This document shows, piece after piece, positions 10,201 through 16,863 of a stretch of DNA of 45,128 nucleotides. The translations under genes and the position numbers were made by a program. The notes beneath the pieces were generated by a model. That model saw nothing but the letters and a program-made list of their open reading frames with translations. It ran no database searches and was not told the origin of the DNA. Numbering within the stretch: the first letter of the stretch is position 1; each line of letters begins with the position of its first letter. Source of the DNA: a virus (Duplodnaviria > Caudoviricetes); the IMG/VR virus record IMGVR_UViG_3300030117_003909, positions 1 through 45,128 of that record; one strand, written 5' to 3'.

Positions 10201-11143
10201 CGAGATCTACAAGGTCTCTCCCTTTATGGCGGCCAGGCACAAGCTCGGCGTGTCTGCGTTCGAGATGCAGCAGCAGGTGCTGTCACTGGTCGAGACCGGC
10301 AAGTTCCAGTCCGTTAAAGAAGCCCAGCGCTGGCTAGCCAAGAACACCTATTGGATGCAGGAGATCATCCAGAAGCCTGTCGACCTGATCGTCTGGCGCG
10401 GGGCCTACGCGCAAGCTATCGACCAGGGCAAGGGCGAACGCGAAGCGATCAACGCAGCCGACGGTGCCGTGCGCCGGACGCAAGCCGACACGGCTGTGAC
10501 GTCCATGGCTAAGGTCGAAAAGGGCGGCCGCTTTGCCAAGATGTGGACGCAGTTCCTGTCCTGGTTCCTGTCCCTCGGCTCGATGCGCGCGTCGGCTATG
10601 CGCCGAGCTTCGCTGCAAAAGCGGGCTGACGACGGCACGCGCGCGGCGTGGGTGCTGCGCGTGATCATGTCGAAAGAAGCCATGGCTGGTTTCTTCACGC
10701 TCTACATCGGCGAGCTCATCGCGACGGCGCTGCGCGGCGACGAGGAAGACAAGGACGCGACCGATACCTGGCTGGTCGACCCGTTGCTGATGACCGCGCT
10801 AGCTATCCCGCGAGCGCTTGGCCCCGTCGGCGCGTTCGCCGGCACGGTCGCCGCGCAGGGCATCCCGCTCGTAGTGCCTGAGCTTTCGCGCGGGCTCGAG
10901 TATCAGCAACGAATGCCGGACCCGGCAGCGATTGCCATCATTAACCAGATCGGACGAACAGCGCGGAACTTGTTGGCCGACGATGCTGATCGTAGCGACG
11001 TGCTCGACGCGCTTGAGCTAGCGGCAAAGATTGTCGGCATCCCGCTGCACGTCGTAACGCAGCGCGCTCGTCGCGGCTTTAACCTCTTCGACGAAGAGAA
11101 GGTCGAGCCGCAAGGCGTATCGGTAATCACGGGGCGCCGCTGA
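1229..11143 (+). CDS. Giant (3304 aa) internal virion/ejection polyvalent protein (T7 gp16/BPP-1 Bbp10 position): LPD23 + zincin metallopeptidase, HhH-glycosylase-like domain, ART-PolyVal ADP-ribosyltransferase, second HExxH domain, helical C-terminus
   Basis: IYEATGWFVGPEGKPRYEIND (LPD23-like); LHEVQHAIQEIEGF..GEAEAR; WYDGA..KVRNFYHNI..TADTH..QSISW; TPEFRAWFGDSKVVDENGQPRRVYHG..VYPVYL..GFDGI..VFEPTQIKSATGNQGTFDP; VHELAH; hydrophobic Gly/Ala segments near both ends; last gene of the virion block. Confidence 0.85.
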   Translation: MTDFSNFARYSQQPKNPFDPGYVGSWPVDPAGIQGPEIEVSPALQLMFEREQMAKDRALIEQLRAMPEQDVEQMAEAEGLSIELGLDAETVRANIKNARRLLAVQQMQEAKTAENYPILWRQMQDPTFAALALDDFDKLSWLEQWSAGWESANIMEELAAAANKLRDQGGTFRTEAEKENYMRLAKRMEDLGHVDTFWGMTGQTISQMAIWETGVAIGASIGAAFIPPAAPALVPIAIGLAGAVPAAYHTYELEGGLAYQQYKEAGIAEDVARRNSHAAGLINAAIEMGTLAFFAKPFGAATRNLANRTGLTRRLLGNALDSRTATRAWRKTVGRGLMSLGSELGQEVSQENVTALFEYFGKKTTEARDQMNEVMSNAVINMPGGGRVVKEDGKVRVTPDVFKRVTGRPVEFLDSDGMITLEGDVAKRMLEDVREIFPIETALNDETFLSDMWELSTATAGQAIMGVGLVSQFGPTLQHFSEMKRVRHAKEQQTAYQEVKENLKDSKLRQRSSSRMVMLLRKHWRGTKMGEVHIPRAEFTKALDDTGLTVEEVEEVFPGLTEQLDKSEEQQPTVVLDGAKFFGEVAETELQDRLFEHIKPSANDYTIAESKAMKERIDAEAKRLREGMKAADGLRDQVDVDTEQLFEKLTQNALDAGVRNKQTARDSAALAVAGLRVRAEHASMAKGTLVLPSQLLADMGIDADNLVIAKPEDYDVKTVFRQFAGTRSETADMPAFEQAVQMAEAGASADEIYEATGWFVGPEGKPRYEINDKDADVFEDEIPEANGESVNLKDVFYHPELFAAYPQLKSMQFRVVDREESNRVFDGNESVGGWYDEEKNEIVHVVEDDSPASMPAGGQLRRTFLHEVQHAIQEIEGFAGGTPGGANRFAFLDRKSDNYMRTEMHFEAEVRKFWDTFLGVDADNPTKMGEALSTSDFQTLAYFADLQIQREILTRKEENMRREGENEGLIDEVVEERKEIEESINRTLEDIGNREIEIDRAPVPLPAHYEAFVVARRELNMLLDRIFKEDPDDLYMRTAGEAEARLTELRGSYTPEMRRAIPYDKGLLLLEGEEVDGPRDRANLVFFMQGTQRQVQFAPATSTKFRQVLTTTVPTGKAGEAADPTDVQLPLKERAMSGSAKQQQTNVNLFSAREATQTKSGKAVTQRTYDGVVVTGDTLDEQAESIIGHMVRNLHALFDAVPPEIRLRSRLWYDGANRMAQEFASRYGISLPQAAGMLAVMSPQADWRMNVSYVERVLDAMTHFSNEQLTPEMDAWAAEWVKGSAANEALYAEMKGKTLSQLQGKRGAQALWIRAFDQFNNSKAFREIAPEGDLLSFVQTGKGEDLKIGWKSLGATMNALAVYEDISNLHLALGDQHKVRNFYHNILDPNSDIPFVTADTHQVAANLLLPLGGNAYEVSHNLAGSGTATDGKLGLKGTYWLYHEAVKRAAEARGVLPREMQSISWEAVRGIFTPAMKRDKAFVAEVRDTWNRHESGELTHAQAVEEIFKRAQARGGDLAGPFWTKIAPGSGGAITDGHRTYRSERPIPGDAGDVVRGPEQRGGRADAGVDVQQEGAAETAPTRADELAGNRGVARLFPPPGPVRAPAGTMQATRVGGAGRTTLRQGGLPQTETPEFRAWFGDSKVVDENGQPRRVYHGSARSFDRFDILKATDAEGMERGMGWGPRKFYFADTGEAASSSAEFAQMTGRGDAPQVYPVYLSVQKPISADVYAKRAQEKMDAGASRAEAFSQLDAEVRAEGFDGIVDDVSGGIAVFEPTQIKSATGNQGTFDPNDPSMLRQQGGEVRGEFDPESMQIILGKKHDPTTMVHELAHFFFELDTKMALAGVASPQQLRDMETILDELGEGEFSSLEDYLTSGLEKRRKLHEKVAYNFETYMFEGKAPNAALKDVFRRMSKWMVRIYRQVRDVIAANYYAETFDEATGKGAQLPALTDDVRNVFDRWLAADEEIEIRLREEAIGRLLRADQTDDLDELDKILLQEIVFEHEHEAKEKLREVLLSELKKLRTMRGRMMRKAQRESRAERRKREAEERQRIASGDRLGRLLHFMSTGELLNADGTVDRSSLQARLEGALNRLYLLMKEQTANKQELADRQAALDATITDSATQIADQRKGIAEVRAGLRLLRKAGGDQSTRIDESLDYIRTAESKIEGLEKARKAAREELKAMRGEIKRVDKAIEKAKKSVAVAQRGAEGVKGKRLRMFLTDDPRVPEQYRTTDPDKAEIVDVERFARQNGFGSADVMFDAMRRQMIGEKKQAVEVEAGGVKYRLPGDPAGEALQDMVNDRTDERMLAEVPHLADPAQMQFEIDAAMTNEAIIRLRAAELRMMEKQPLSERRRTQEMVRVAREVARVDVGKLTTRELFGRKNLVRKFTQQAQASERLAAANRGDVEAMAKHQRTALYFRAMAEQATDARNAIEKQSNKLQKRLRFQPRSGKAEDQLAKSYGGAVVETARQMLDMIGVEVGSGVRNQGPAWQDLPEDSPERQMLEQADSDMRMVVSTDGQLMDQSVEQAMESLEYVEGVLMQGKWARMFELEGKVAELDDIIRQLREQVEAEMTPKRSRKAPTTAREKIKGKIRQWNYNTQRTEQLLYALDGDQQGLLSQLIFVPLRNAEDQVEIHLAAVIEKLAPLLQTVRDEVGSNRDLSRPVATGVDATGEPLLRDRSKQTQDADVLENGKLDVLGMLLHCGNESNLRRLLLGFGWAELRPDGSINSARWWEQVRQWEEAGVITAADWEFCQGVWDIYEDELLPMTQQAHVDMLGRRMSLVDKGMPILKTRTMADGTVVNVAGGYVPAGRDPQLRSPKGERNEQDTLLGFQRSIATINKGHTKDRVDEDDPDPLDINPINQILHFRQSIIFAQMGPAHKKVATLLRNDEFSKLLERMAPGIYKNVLDPLMETAATLSSTLVAARGADMLDGLDFVDKLRSNYGAAAMFGNVVNSLQGMTGVLLAGMSGQVKWRYLAEGMGSGHTKSEIYKVSPFMAARHKLGVSAFEMQQQVLSLVETGKFQSVKEAQRWLAKNTYWMQEIIQKPVDLIVWRGAYAQAIDQGKGEREAINAADGAVRRTQADTAVTSMAKVEKGGRFAKMWTQFLSWFLSLGSMRASAMRRASLQKRADDGTRAAWVLRVIMSKEAMAGFFTLYIGELIATALRGDEEDKDATDTWLVDPLLMTALAIPRALGPVGAFAGTVAAQGIPLVVPELSRGLEYQQRMPDPAAIAIINQIGRTARNLLADDADRSDVLDALELAAKIVGIPLHVVTQRARRGFNLFDEEKVEPQGVSVITGRR
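5727..6008 (+). CDS. Putative nested (overprinted, +1 frame) 93-aa gene inside the giant ejection gene; candidate inhibitor/antitoxin
   Basis: GGGAG at 5713-5717 before ATG 5727 (also GGAG 5822-5825 before ATG 5835); GC-rich third codon positions switch from the main frame to this frame over 5835-6008. Confidence 0.6.
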   Translation: MPKQSKKSSSARKPAAATSPAPSGQRLPPVLAELSRMGIAPTVANVRSLVTPETLSEDQSSEEAEQMLASMFNKKGQLRPHLRAQMSSQATAE

Positions 11144-11144
11144 G

Positions 11145-11612
11145 ATGAAAGCCAGCCTGCTACTTACACTCTTGGCGCTAGCCGGCTGCACTAAGCGCAC
11201 GACCGTGACGGCGTCAGCGCCCGCACCGCTGCCGCAATACGAGCAAGAACTTGTCGGCTTGCTCTACGGCAGCACAAGCTACGGCGGCTTCACCGTGCGC
11301 TTAGAGTTTGAGCCAAGCGCGGCCGGCTTGCGCGCCGTGCTGACACGAGTCGACGACGGCCTGGTCGTCGAGTTCGACGTGCACTCTGAGTTCTTCCCGT
11401 TCAGCTACGCGCTACCAGCTTACCTGGTGCTGACGCCGCGAGAGCCGTGGGTGTGGCAGCCTTACGCGCCGGCGTCGCTAGCTGCATATTCACCGCTGCT
11501 GCTTGACTGCTACCTCTACACCGGCGGCGGAAACCACTGGCCCCCGTCTGCGCTTGATAATTTCAGCCAGACAAACCCGATCCAAACGTTTCTGTTTTAT
11601 CGGCTCGACTAG
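11145..11612 (+). CDS. Predicted lipoprotein of unknown function
   Basis: N-terminal MKASLLLTLLALAG-C lipobox; ATG 1 nt after the upstream stop. Confidence 0.65.
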   Translation: MKASLLLTLLALAGCTKRTTVTASAPAPLPQYEQELVGLLYGSTSYGGFTVRLEFEPSAAGLRAVLTRVDDGLVVEFDVHSEFFPFSYALPAYLVLTPREPWVWQPYAPASLAAYSPLLLDCYLYTGGGNHWPPSALDNFSQTNPIQTFLFYRLD

Positions 11613-11869
11613 AGCAGCGCCCAATCAGATTCTAGCCAGCGCCGGACAGTGCCAGGCTTTAACCCCGTCATGCGGGTGAAACCCTTGACCAGGCGCGCTT
11701 GGATGTGGGGTAGCGGTCGGTGCTTCCCGCCCATCAGCGAGTAAAAGTGAGCGCGAGAGATGCCTATGTCGCGAGCCATCGAGCTCCGGCTTTTTGGTGG
11801 CTCTGTCTCGATGCGGTTGTAGACGGCGGCCCGGTCGACGAGCTCGGCAAACTTGGTGGTCGTGTTCAT
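11609..11869 (-). CDS. XRE/Cro-like helix-turn-helix protein
   Basis: SRSSMARDIGISRAHFYSLMGGKHRP HTH pattern; ATGA coupling to the polymerase stop. Confidence 0.7.
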   Translation of the reverse strand: MNTTTKFAELVDRAAVYNRIETEPPKSRSSMARDIGISRAHFYSLMGGKHRPLPHIQARLVKGFTRMTGLKPGTVRRWLESDWALL

Positions 11870-13881
11870 CCTTGGAATCGGCGGCCTCGGTATCCCTCAG
11901 CAACAAGCGGGAGGCCATCCGCCCAGGCTGGTAGTGTGCAAATTAAACGCTCAAACTCTTCGACGTCGCCGGTGCCCGCGGGCACCTCGGTAGCGATCGA
12001 GTCGTGAACGTGTAGGACGGGGAGGTAGATAGTGCCGCGCAGCTTGAGCAACGCGTGCGCCAGGCAGTCGCGCGCGACCGCTTGGGTTACGTTTTCGGCC
12101 AGCTTACCGCCGTAGGTTTCTTCCTCGCGCATGCCTGCTGGACCCGCAGCGAGGAACGTGATAGCCGGCACTTCAAACGTCTTGTGCTCGACTGTTCCGT
12201 TCTCTCGGACGACAGGCACGACCTTCTCGCTGACCTCGACGCGGGGGTGGTGATACCACAAGTGGCGCCCGCTCGGCAGCCGAATGGTTACCGCGGACCC
12301 GGTGTGCGAAATGGCTAACGGACCTACGCGCACGCAGCCGCCATCCTCGACGACGCGGCGGACGCCCGACTCCAGGTCGAACCAGAAATCGACGACGTTT
12401 CGGTTCGCTTTACGCCATGCCTGCTGGATGCGGCGCGCTTCTTTGAGCTCTAGCGGCACACCCCATGCTTCTGCGGTGGTCGCGAACTTGAGCGGCCCCA
12501 TGCCGTATCCAAGCGCAAGCTCCTGCACTTTGCCCAGCTGGCGGTTGTCGCTGCCGATGTTCTTTGCAGCGCGCACGTAGATGTCGATGTCGTCGCGGAA
12601 CAGGTCGAGCTTGCTTTCGTCGCCGGCCAGCCACGGTAGGACGCGAGCTTCAATAGCTGAGTAGTCCGCAGCGATGAGGTCACTACCAGGCGGAGCGCAG
12701 ACTAGCGAGCGCAGGCTCTGCGACAGGGCGTCAAGCGGCGCCCACAAAACGTCCAGCGCGTCGAGGTCGACGTCGTCGATGGCTTGACCGCACAGGTCTT
12801 GCACTGCGCGCGGCCGTCGATCTTTCCGTAGGTTGTGCAGCTGCAGCACGCGTGAGCTCCAGCGGCCCGTGTGCGCGGCGTGGTATGCGAACAGACCACG
12901 AGCCCGGCCGTCACCAGACAACACGTCAGGAAGCCGCTTGAGCTTGGCTAGGGACGTCAGCTTGCCGGTCTCCTGCCGGATCTCGCAGACCTCACGCACG
13001 TCGGCCGGTAGGTCGTCACGCTCTAGCAGCTTTTCGATTGCGGCCTTGTCAACGCTGTCGGTCTCCCCGACCAAACCTTTAGAAAAAAGCCAGCGACGAA
13101 ACGCGGGGTGACCCTTAACGCCCCCGAGCTCTCCTCCCGTGAGCGCTTGAACCCGCGCGACTAGCTGTCGCTCGCGCTTCGCCGCCAGCTGCGACATCGC
13201 ACGAGCGCGATCCGCGTCGATGTAGACGCCGCGCTCGTTGATGTCCTGATCGCACCGCCACACCAGGAACTCCGTCGGAGTCAGCGCCGGCAGGCGGTAA
13301 TAAGCAGTCGCCGTCGTGATCACGTCCATGGCGCAGTAGCGCTCAAGACGTCCGACGTTTTCTGGTGTCTCGTGTGGGCGCCGCCAGCCGCCACCAGGCA
13401 AAGGCTCCGTCAGTGTCATGCGCTTCATCAAGCGCGCACCTTGGCGGTCTTTCTTAAGCACCTCGTCCCCGACAGCTAGCATGGCGTGGTCTAGCTTGGC
13501 GGGCAGCGACGACGAGACAGCGTTCGCTTGGGCGTCGCGCCATTGCTCAGGCTCGATGGCCGGCCACCCATAATGAGGCTCTAGGATATGCCTGTGGATC
13601 GCGCGTTCGAAGCCGACGTTCCAGCAGACAACACGGCCGCCGCGCTCGATGAACCGTTCGATGCGCCCCGGCAAACGGGCGCCGGGGCGCCAGGCGTCGA
13701 TCTCCCCGTCAGCGGCGCCGCCAGCTGCACCGACACGGTGCACACACATCATTGCCAGGTAGACGTGCGTGCTGTCGTGCTCGGCGTAGACGTCAGCGGT
13801 GACGTTGCGGATGTCGAGAAACGAGGCCGTCTCGACGTCGAGCACTAGCCAATCGTTGACGGGATCGAGTTCGTAAGCCAT
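11866..13881 (-). CDS. polA: Family A DNA polymerase with 3'-5' exonuclease (APSE/BPP-1 type)
   Basis: LDVET exo I; HTGRWSS; motif A AADYSAIEARV; motif B RQLGKVQELALGYG; ENVTQAVARD; motif C HVHDS; ATG at 13881 preferred over TTG at 13908. Confidence 0.93.
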   Translation of the reverse strand: MAYELDPVNDWLVLDVETASFLDIRNVTADVYAEHDSTHVYLAMMCVHRVGAAGGAADGEIDAWRPGARLPGRIERFIERGGRVVCWNVGFERAIHRHILEPHYGWPAIEPEQWRDAQANAVSSSLPAKLDHAMLAVGDEVLKKDRQGARLMKRMTLTEPLPGGGWRRPHETPENVGRLERYCAMDVITTATAYYRLPALTPTEFLVWRCDQDINERGVYIDADRARAMSQLAAKRERQLVARVQALTGGELGGVKGHPAFRRWLFSKGLVGETDSVDKAAIEKLLERDDLPADVREVCEIRQETGKLTSLAKLKRLPDVLSGDGRARGLFAYHAAHTGRWSSRVLQLHNLRKDRRPRAVQDLCGQAIDDVDLDALDVLWAPLDALSQSLRSLVCAPPGSDLIAADYSAIEARVLPWLAGDESKLDLFRDDIDIYVRAAKNIGSDNRQLGKVQELALGYGMGPLKFATTAEAWGVPLELKEARRIQQAWRKANRNVVDFWFDLESGVRRVVEDGGCVRVGPLAISHTGSAVTIRLPSGRHLWYHHPRVEVSEKVVPVVRENGTVEHKTFEVPAITFLAAGPAGMREEETYGGKLAENVTQAVARDCLAHALLKLRGTIYLPVLHVHDSIATEVPAGTGDVEEFERLICTLPAWADGLPLVAEGYRGRRFQG

Positions 13882-13884
13882 GGG

Positions 13885-13976
13885 AAAAAGGCGGCGGGGG
13901 CCGGTCAAACACGCGGGGGATAGGGATGGTCAGCGTGCCAGCTTTAGAGCTAACCGCAGCTGGAACCCCCGCCGCC
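13885..13976 (-). ncRNA. Candidate structured RNA/attenuator (three-way junction plus U-tract) between the SSB and polymerase genes
   Basis: Minus strand: GGCGGCGGGGG/CCCCCGCCGCC closing stem, inner stems CCAGCU/AGCUGG and CACGC/GCGUG, followed by UUUUU. Confidence 0.45.
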
Positions 13977-13983
13977 AGGTGGA

Positions 13984-14616
13984 TCAGAACAAGTCGTTAC
14001 CTTCGTCGTCAGAAGCCGCGTCACCCGCGGCCTTGAGTTCTTCGGGCAGCTTGAGTTCGAGCTTGTCGCCAAAGCCTTCCTTGGCTGACTTCTTGCCCCC
14101 GCCCAAGCGGTCGCCGTCGGCAACGAACATCACGTTGTCAAGTGAGACGAGGCAGAGCTTGCCGCCCTTCTTCGACTCCCATGCAAGTAGGGTCAGCTGG
14201 AACCGACACCAGCAGCCAGCGTATACCTTTTCAGGGTCGATGATGTCGTTAAAATCCTTGTCAACGACGTTCGGCCGCTCCTTCGACCAGCTGTTGACGA
14301 AGTGCCAGTCCGCGAACTGGTCCTTGAACCACTTGTTTTCGGAGCACTTCTTAAGCGGGAGCTTCGCCATCTCCATGGCGGACATCTCGGACTTCCAATC
14401 GTCGCCAAACTTAGCCGCCATCGCCTTCGACATCGCGTCGGCAATCTTCTTGGCGTCGCCGGTGCTCGGCGGGATCAGCAGCACGCACTCGTAGCGGTCG
14501 CGCTCTGCTTGACGGGTGCCGTCCTGGTCCTTCATCTCCCGCTTCTTAAACAAGTAGGGGAAGCTGATACGGACGGGGTCGGTGACGATCTGGATACGGG
14601 TTACTTCAGTAGCCAT
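13984..14616 (-). CDS. Single-stranded DNA-binding protein (DUF2815, T7 gp2.5-like)
   Basis: VRISFPYLFK, VYAGCWCR, LDNVMFVADGDRLGGG, acidic tail ending DDEGNDLF; ATG at 14616. Confidence 0.88.
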   Translation of the reverse strand: MATEVTRIQIVTDPVRISFPYLFKKREMKDQDGTRQAERDRYECVLLIPPSTGDAKKIADAMSKAMAAKFGDDWKSEMSAMEMAKLPLKKCSENKWFKDQFADWHFVNSWSKERPNVVDKDFNDIIDPEKVYAGCWCRFQLTLLAWESKKGGKLCLVSLDNVMFVADGDRLGGGKKSAKEGFGDKLELKLPEELKAAGDAASDDEGNDLF

Positions 14617-14632
14617 TTTTGCGTAGGATTCA

Positions 14633-15757
14633 CTAAGGGTTAAAAGACGTCGGCGAGATCTCCGGCCGACGATCGGAGACAGGGACCAGCAGCGTTCCGC
14701 GTGCTGGCTTGTGCGTGTAACTGGCGACACTAGCTTTCGCTTGCTTCTTGGTCATGCCCGCAGCGGCCAGCCGGCGTTCGGCTTCGGCAGGGCTGACCAG
14801 TTTGGTCGCCAAGGGGTCAACGCCGAGGCCTCGCAGGTGCTCCTCGGCGACCTGCTCGTCGCTGAAAGATCGGAGCCCGACCTTCTGCACCAGCTTCAAT
14901 CCTGGGTAGCCCTTGCCCATCTCAGCCCGCTTGCGGGCGTAAGCCTCCAGGTCGTCGAGCCAGCGCTTGACGTCTGAAGCCGCTAGGAGGATCTCTGCGA
15001 CGCGTTCGTCGGTCAGCGTGTCCGGGGCAGGTCGAGCGCCGAACGCCTCCTGAGCGGCCGCTAGGCGCGCCTCACGCCGTGCGTGACACGTCGCCTTAAC
15101 AGGGCAGAACATGCAGTGGTCGCCAGCCTGGAACTTCGGAGCAATATGCGTGCTGACCGCGGCGGTCGTGACGGCGTCGATCACCTGGTCAAGCTCGGCG
15201 CGTTTGTAGGTGTGCTCGCGCCAGGCTTCGCCTTGGTGATGGCGCGGCTGCACGACAGCGGTCGTGATCTGCTCGACGTTGTCCGCATCCCAGGTGCGAA
15301 CCGCAGCGCCGGCGTAGATCGCCAGCTGCACCGAGTCGGCGGCGACGTAAACACCAGCGCCCATCTTCAAATCGACAACGGTTAAATGCTTGCCGTCAGC
15401 CGACAGGATCGCGGCGTCAGCTGTGCCCCAGATCTCGTCCGTCAGGCGCACGCGCTGCTCGGCGACGATCGTGCCACCGTGCAGGTCACGCGCGAACCGA
15501 ACAGCGTCGAGGTAAGTTTGGATGTGGCCGGCCGTCTCCGCGTCGATCGCAAAACGATCGCACTCGGAGCGGCGGCCGATGTAGACGTCTGCGTCGCACT
15601 CGTTGTCGAGCGACAGCGCAGCCACCAGGTGGCAGAACGTGCCGAAGTCTGCAGCTTCCGACGATTCGTCGGGTGCGCCAACGCACGCCTGCGGCGACGC
15701 CGTGCAAACCATCCAGCGGTGCGCGCTGGATGGCGATAGCTTGGCGTGGGCAGCCAT
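14633..15757 (-). CDS. PD-(D/E)XK Cas4-like exonuclease (DUF2800)
   Basis: HAKLSPSSAHRWMVC, EQRV..WGTADA..VVDLKMG, QLAIYA, GDHCMFCP..C; adjacent to SSB and PolA as in BPP-1/APSE. Confidence 0.88.
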   Translation of the reverse strand: MAAHAKLSPSSAHRWMVCTASPQACVGAPDESSEAADFGTFCHLVAALSLDNECDADVYIGRRSECDRFAIDAETAGHIQTYLDAVRFARDLHGGTIVAEQRVRLTDEIWGTADAAILSADGKHLTVVDLKMGAGVYVAADSVQLAIYAGAAVRTWDADNVEQITTAVVQPRHHQGEAWREHTYKRAELDQVIDAVTTAAVSTHIAPKFQAGDHCMFCPVKATCHARREARLAAAQEAFGARPAPDTLTDERVAEILLAASDVKRWLDDLEAYARKRAEMGKGYPGLKLVQKVGLRSFSDEQVAEEHLRGLGVDPLATKLVSPAEAERRLAAAGMTKKQAKASVASYTHKPARGTLLVPVSDRRPEISPTSFNP

Positions 15758-16194
15758 CAGATAAGCTCCGTCCCTTTGTCGCCAGCCAGCTGGTCGAGAA
15801 CCGCACGGAACTTCGCCAGGTCGTCGTCGCTGGCGTCCTGCAGGCGCGGCAGCTGCGCGGCCTTCAACGCGTCGCGAAGCTCGGGCATACCGTGCTCGGC
15901 GGCGAACGAACGCAGGTCGAGTTCGATCTGCTTACGATCCTCGACGACAGGTGCGGGCGCCGCCTCGGGTTGTTCCTTCTTCGGCGCGGCCTTCTTGGTC
16001 GCCTTCTTGCGCGCCTTCTTCGGCGCCGGCTTTGCTTCTTCAGCCTTAGCCGCGGCGTTCTCTGCGGCAGACGCCTCAGCTACTGCGGCGGCGTCCAGCG
16101 GGGCGAGCTCTACGCCGTCGCGGCCGGAGATGAACGCGAACACGCGCGCCAGTTCGTCAGGGGATTCAGGAGAGATGTTTATCGAGATCTTCAT
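15757..16194 (-). CDS. Hypothetical protein with Lys/Ala/Pro-rich linker (usual neighbour of DUF2800)
   Basis: 145-aa ORF, PAPKKARKKATKKAAPKK segment, coupled to the downstream gene, first gene after the promoter at 16220-16247. Confidence 0.7.
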   Translation of the reverse strand: MKISINISPESPDELARVFAFISGRDGVELAPLDAAAVAEASAAENAAAKAEEAKPAPKKARKKATKKAAPKKEQPEAAPAPVVEDRKQIELDLRSFAAEHGMPELRDALKAAQLPRLQDASDDDLAKFRAVLDQLAGDKGTELI

Positions 16195-16219
16195 AGCTGT
16201 CTGATGGGTTAGGGGCAGG

Positions 16220-16247
16220 ACTGTAGGAACCTGCCCGGCGGTGTCAA
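16220..16247 (-). promoter_or_regulatory. Sigma70-type promoter TTGACA-N16-TACAGT with an inverted repeat around the -10
   Basis: -35 at 16242-16247, -10 at 16220-16225; GGGCAGG..CCTGCCC dyad at 16213-16236. Confidence 0.7.
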
Positions 16248-16453
16248 GAACGGAGAGAAATGCCCAGCCGTTTAAAGTGCTGGACGGTGTTGGTTGTGTT
16301 GCGGCCGTTGCCGGCGGCCAGCGCGATACGGGCGCTGCCGTCGGGGGCCAAGGCGATAACGTGCGAACCCTTGCGGGAACTGGTGAAGCGCCAGCCGAGC
16401 CGGCCTAGCTCCTTCATCCAGCGGCGCACGGTGCGGTGGTCGTTGCTGTTCAT
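16244..16453 (-). CDS. HicA-like (dsRBD-fold) small protein
   Basis: MKELGRLGWRFTSSRKGSHVIALAPDG resembles the HicA L..GW....GSH pattern; ATGA overlap at 16450-16453. Confidence 0.6.
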   Translation of the reverse strand: MNSNDHRTVRRWMKELGRLGWRFTSSRKGSHVIALAPDGSARIALAAGNGRNTTNTVQHFKRLGISLRS

Positions 16454-16863
16454 CGGTCCACCTGCTCGGGCTCGGCCGCACGGGTGTAGAGAGCCGCCGG
16501 ACGGGTGTTGAGAGCCTTCAGCGCCTCGCCCAACAGCTGCTGGTGCCAGCGCGGGTTGTAGCCGAACTCGCGTTCTTTCTTCAGCCACGCGCGATACCCC
16601 TCCCCCAGGCCCTCCGTGGATACCCCGTGCTCCTCGGCCCATGCGTCAGCCTTTTCGCCGGGCTCGATCAACGACTTGTGCCGCAGCTTGCGGACCTCGT
16701 CGAGCATGTTCGCGTTGTGGAGCAGGACGCGCGCGATTTCGTCGGCCGCAGCGGAGACGTTGCCGTGCTGCTGCACGTAAGCGCACAGCGCGACGACCAG
16801 CCGCGTGCAGAGGGTGGACGTGGGGAGCGGGAACATATTGGCTTCGTTCATCAGGGTCTTCAT
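16450..16863 (-). CDS. Hypothetical protein
   Basis: 137-aa ORF with ATGA coupling at both ends. Confidence 0.7.
   Translation of the reverse strand: MKTLMNEANMFPLPTSTLCTRLVVALCAYVQQHGNVSAAADEIARVLLHNANMLDEVRKLRHKSLIEPGEKADAWAEEHGVSTEGLGEGYRAWLKKEREFGYNPRWHQQLLGEALKALNTRPAALYTRAAEPEQVDR

Noticed and set aside
14633-15757. Cas4 as evidence of a CRISPR-Cas system
   Set aside because: It is the usual DUF2800 replication/recombination nuclease beside SSB and PolA
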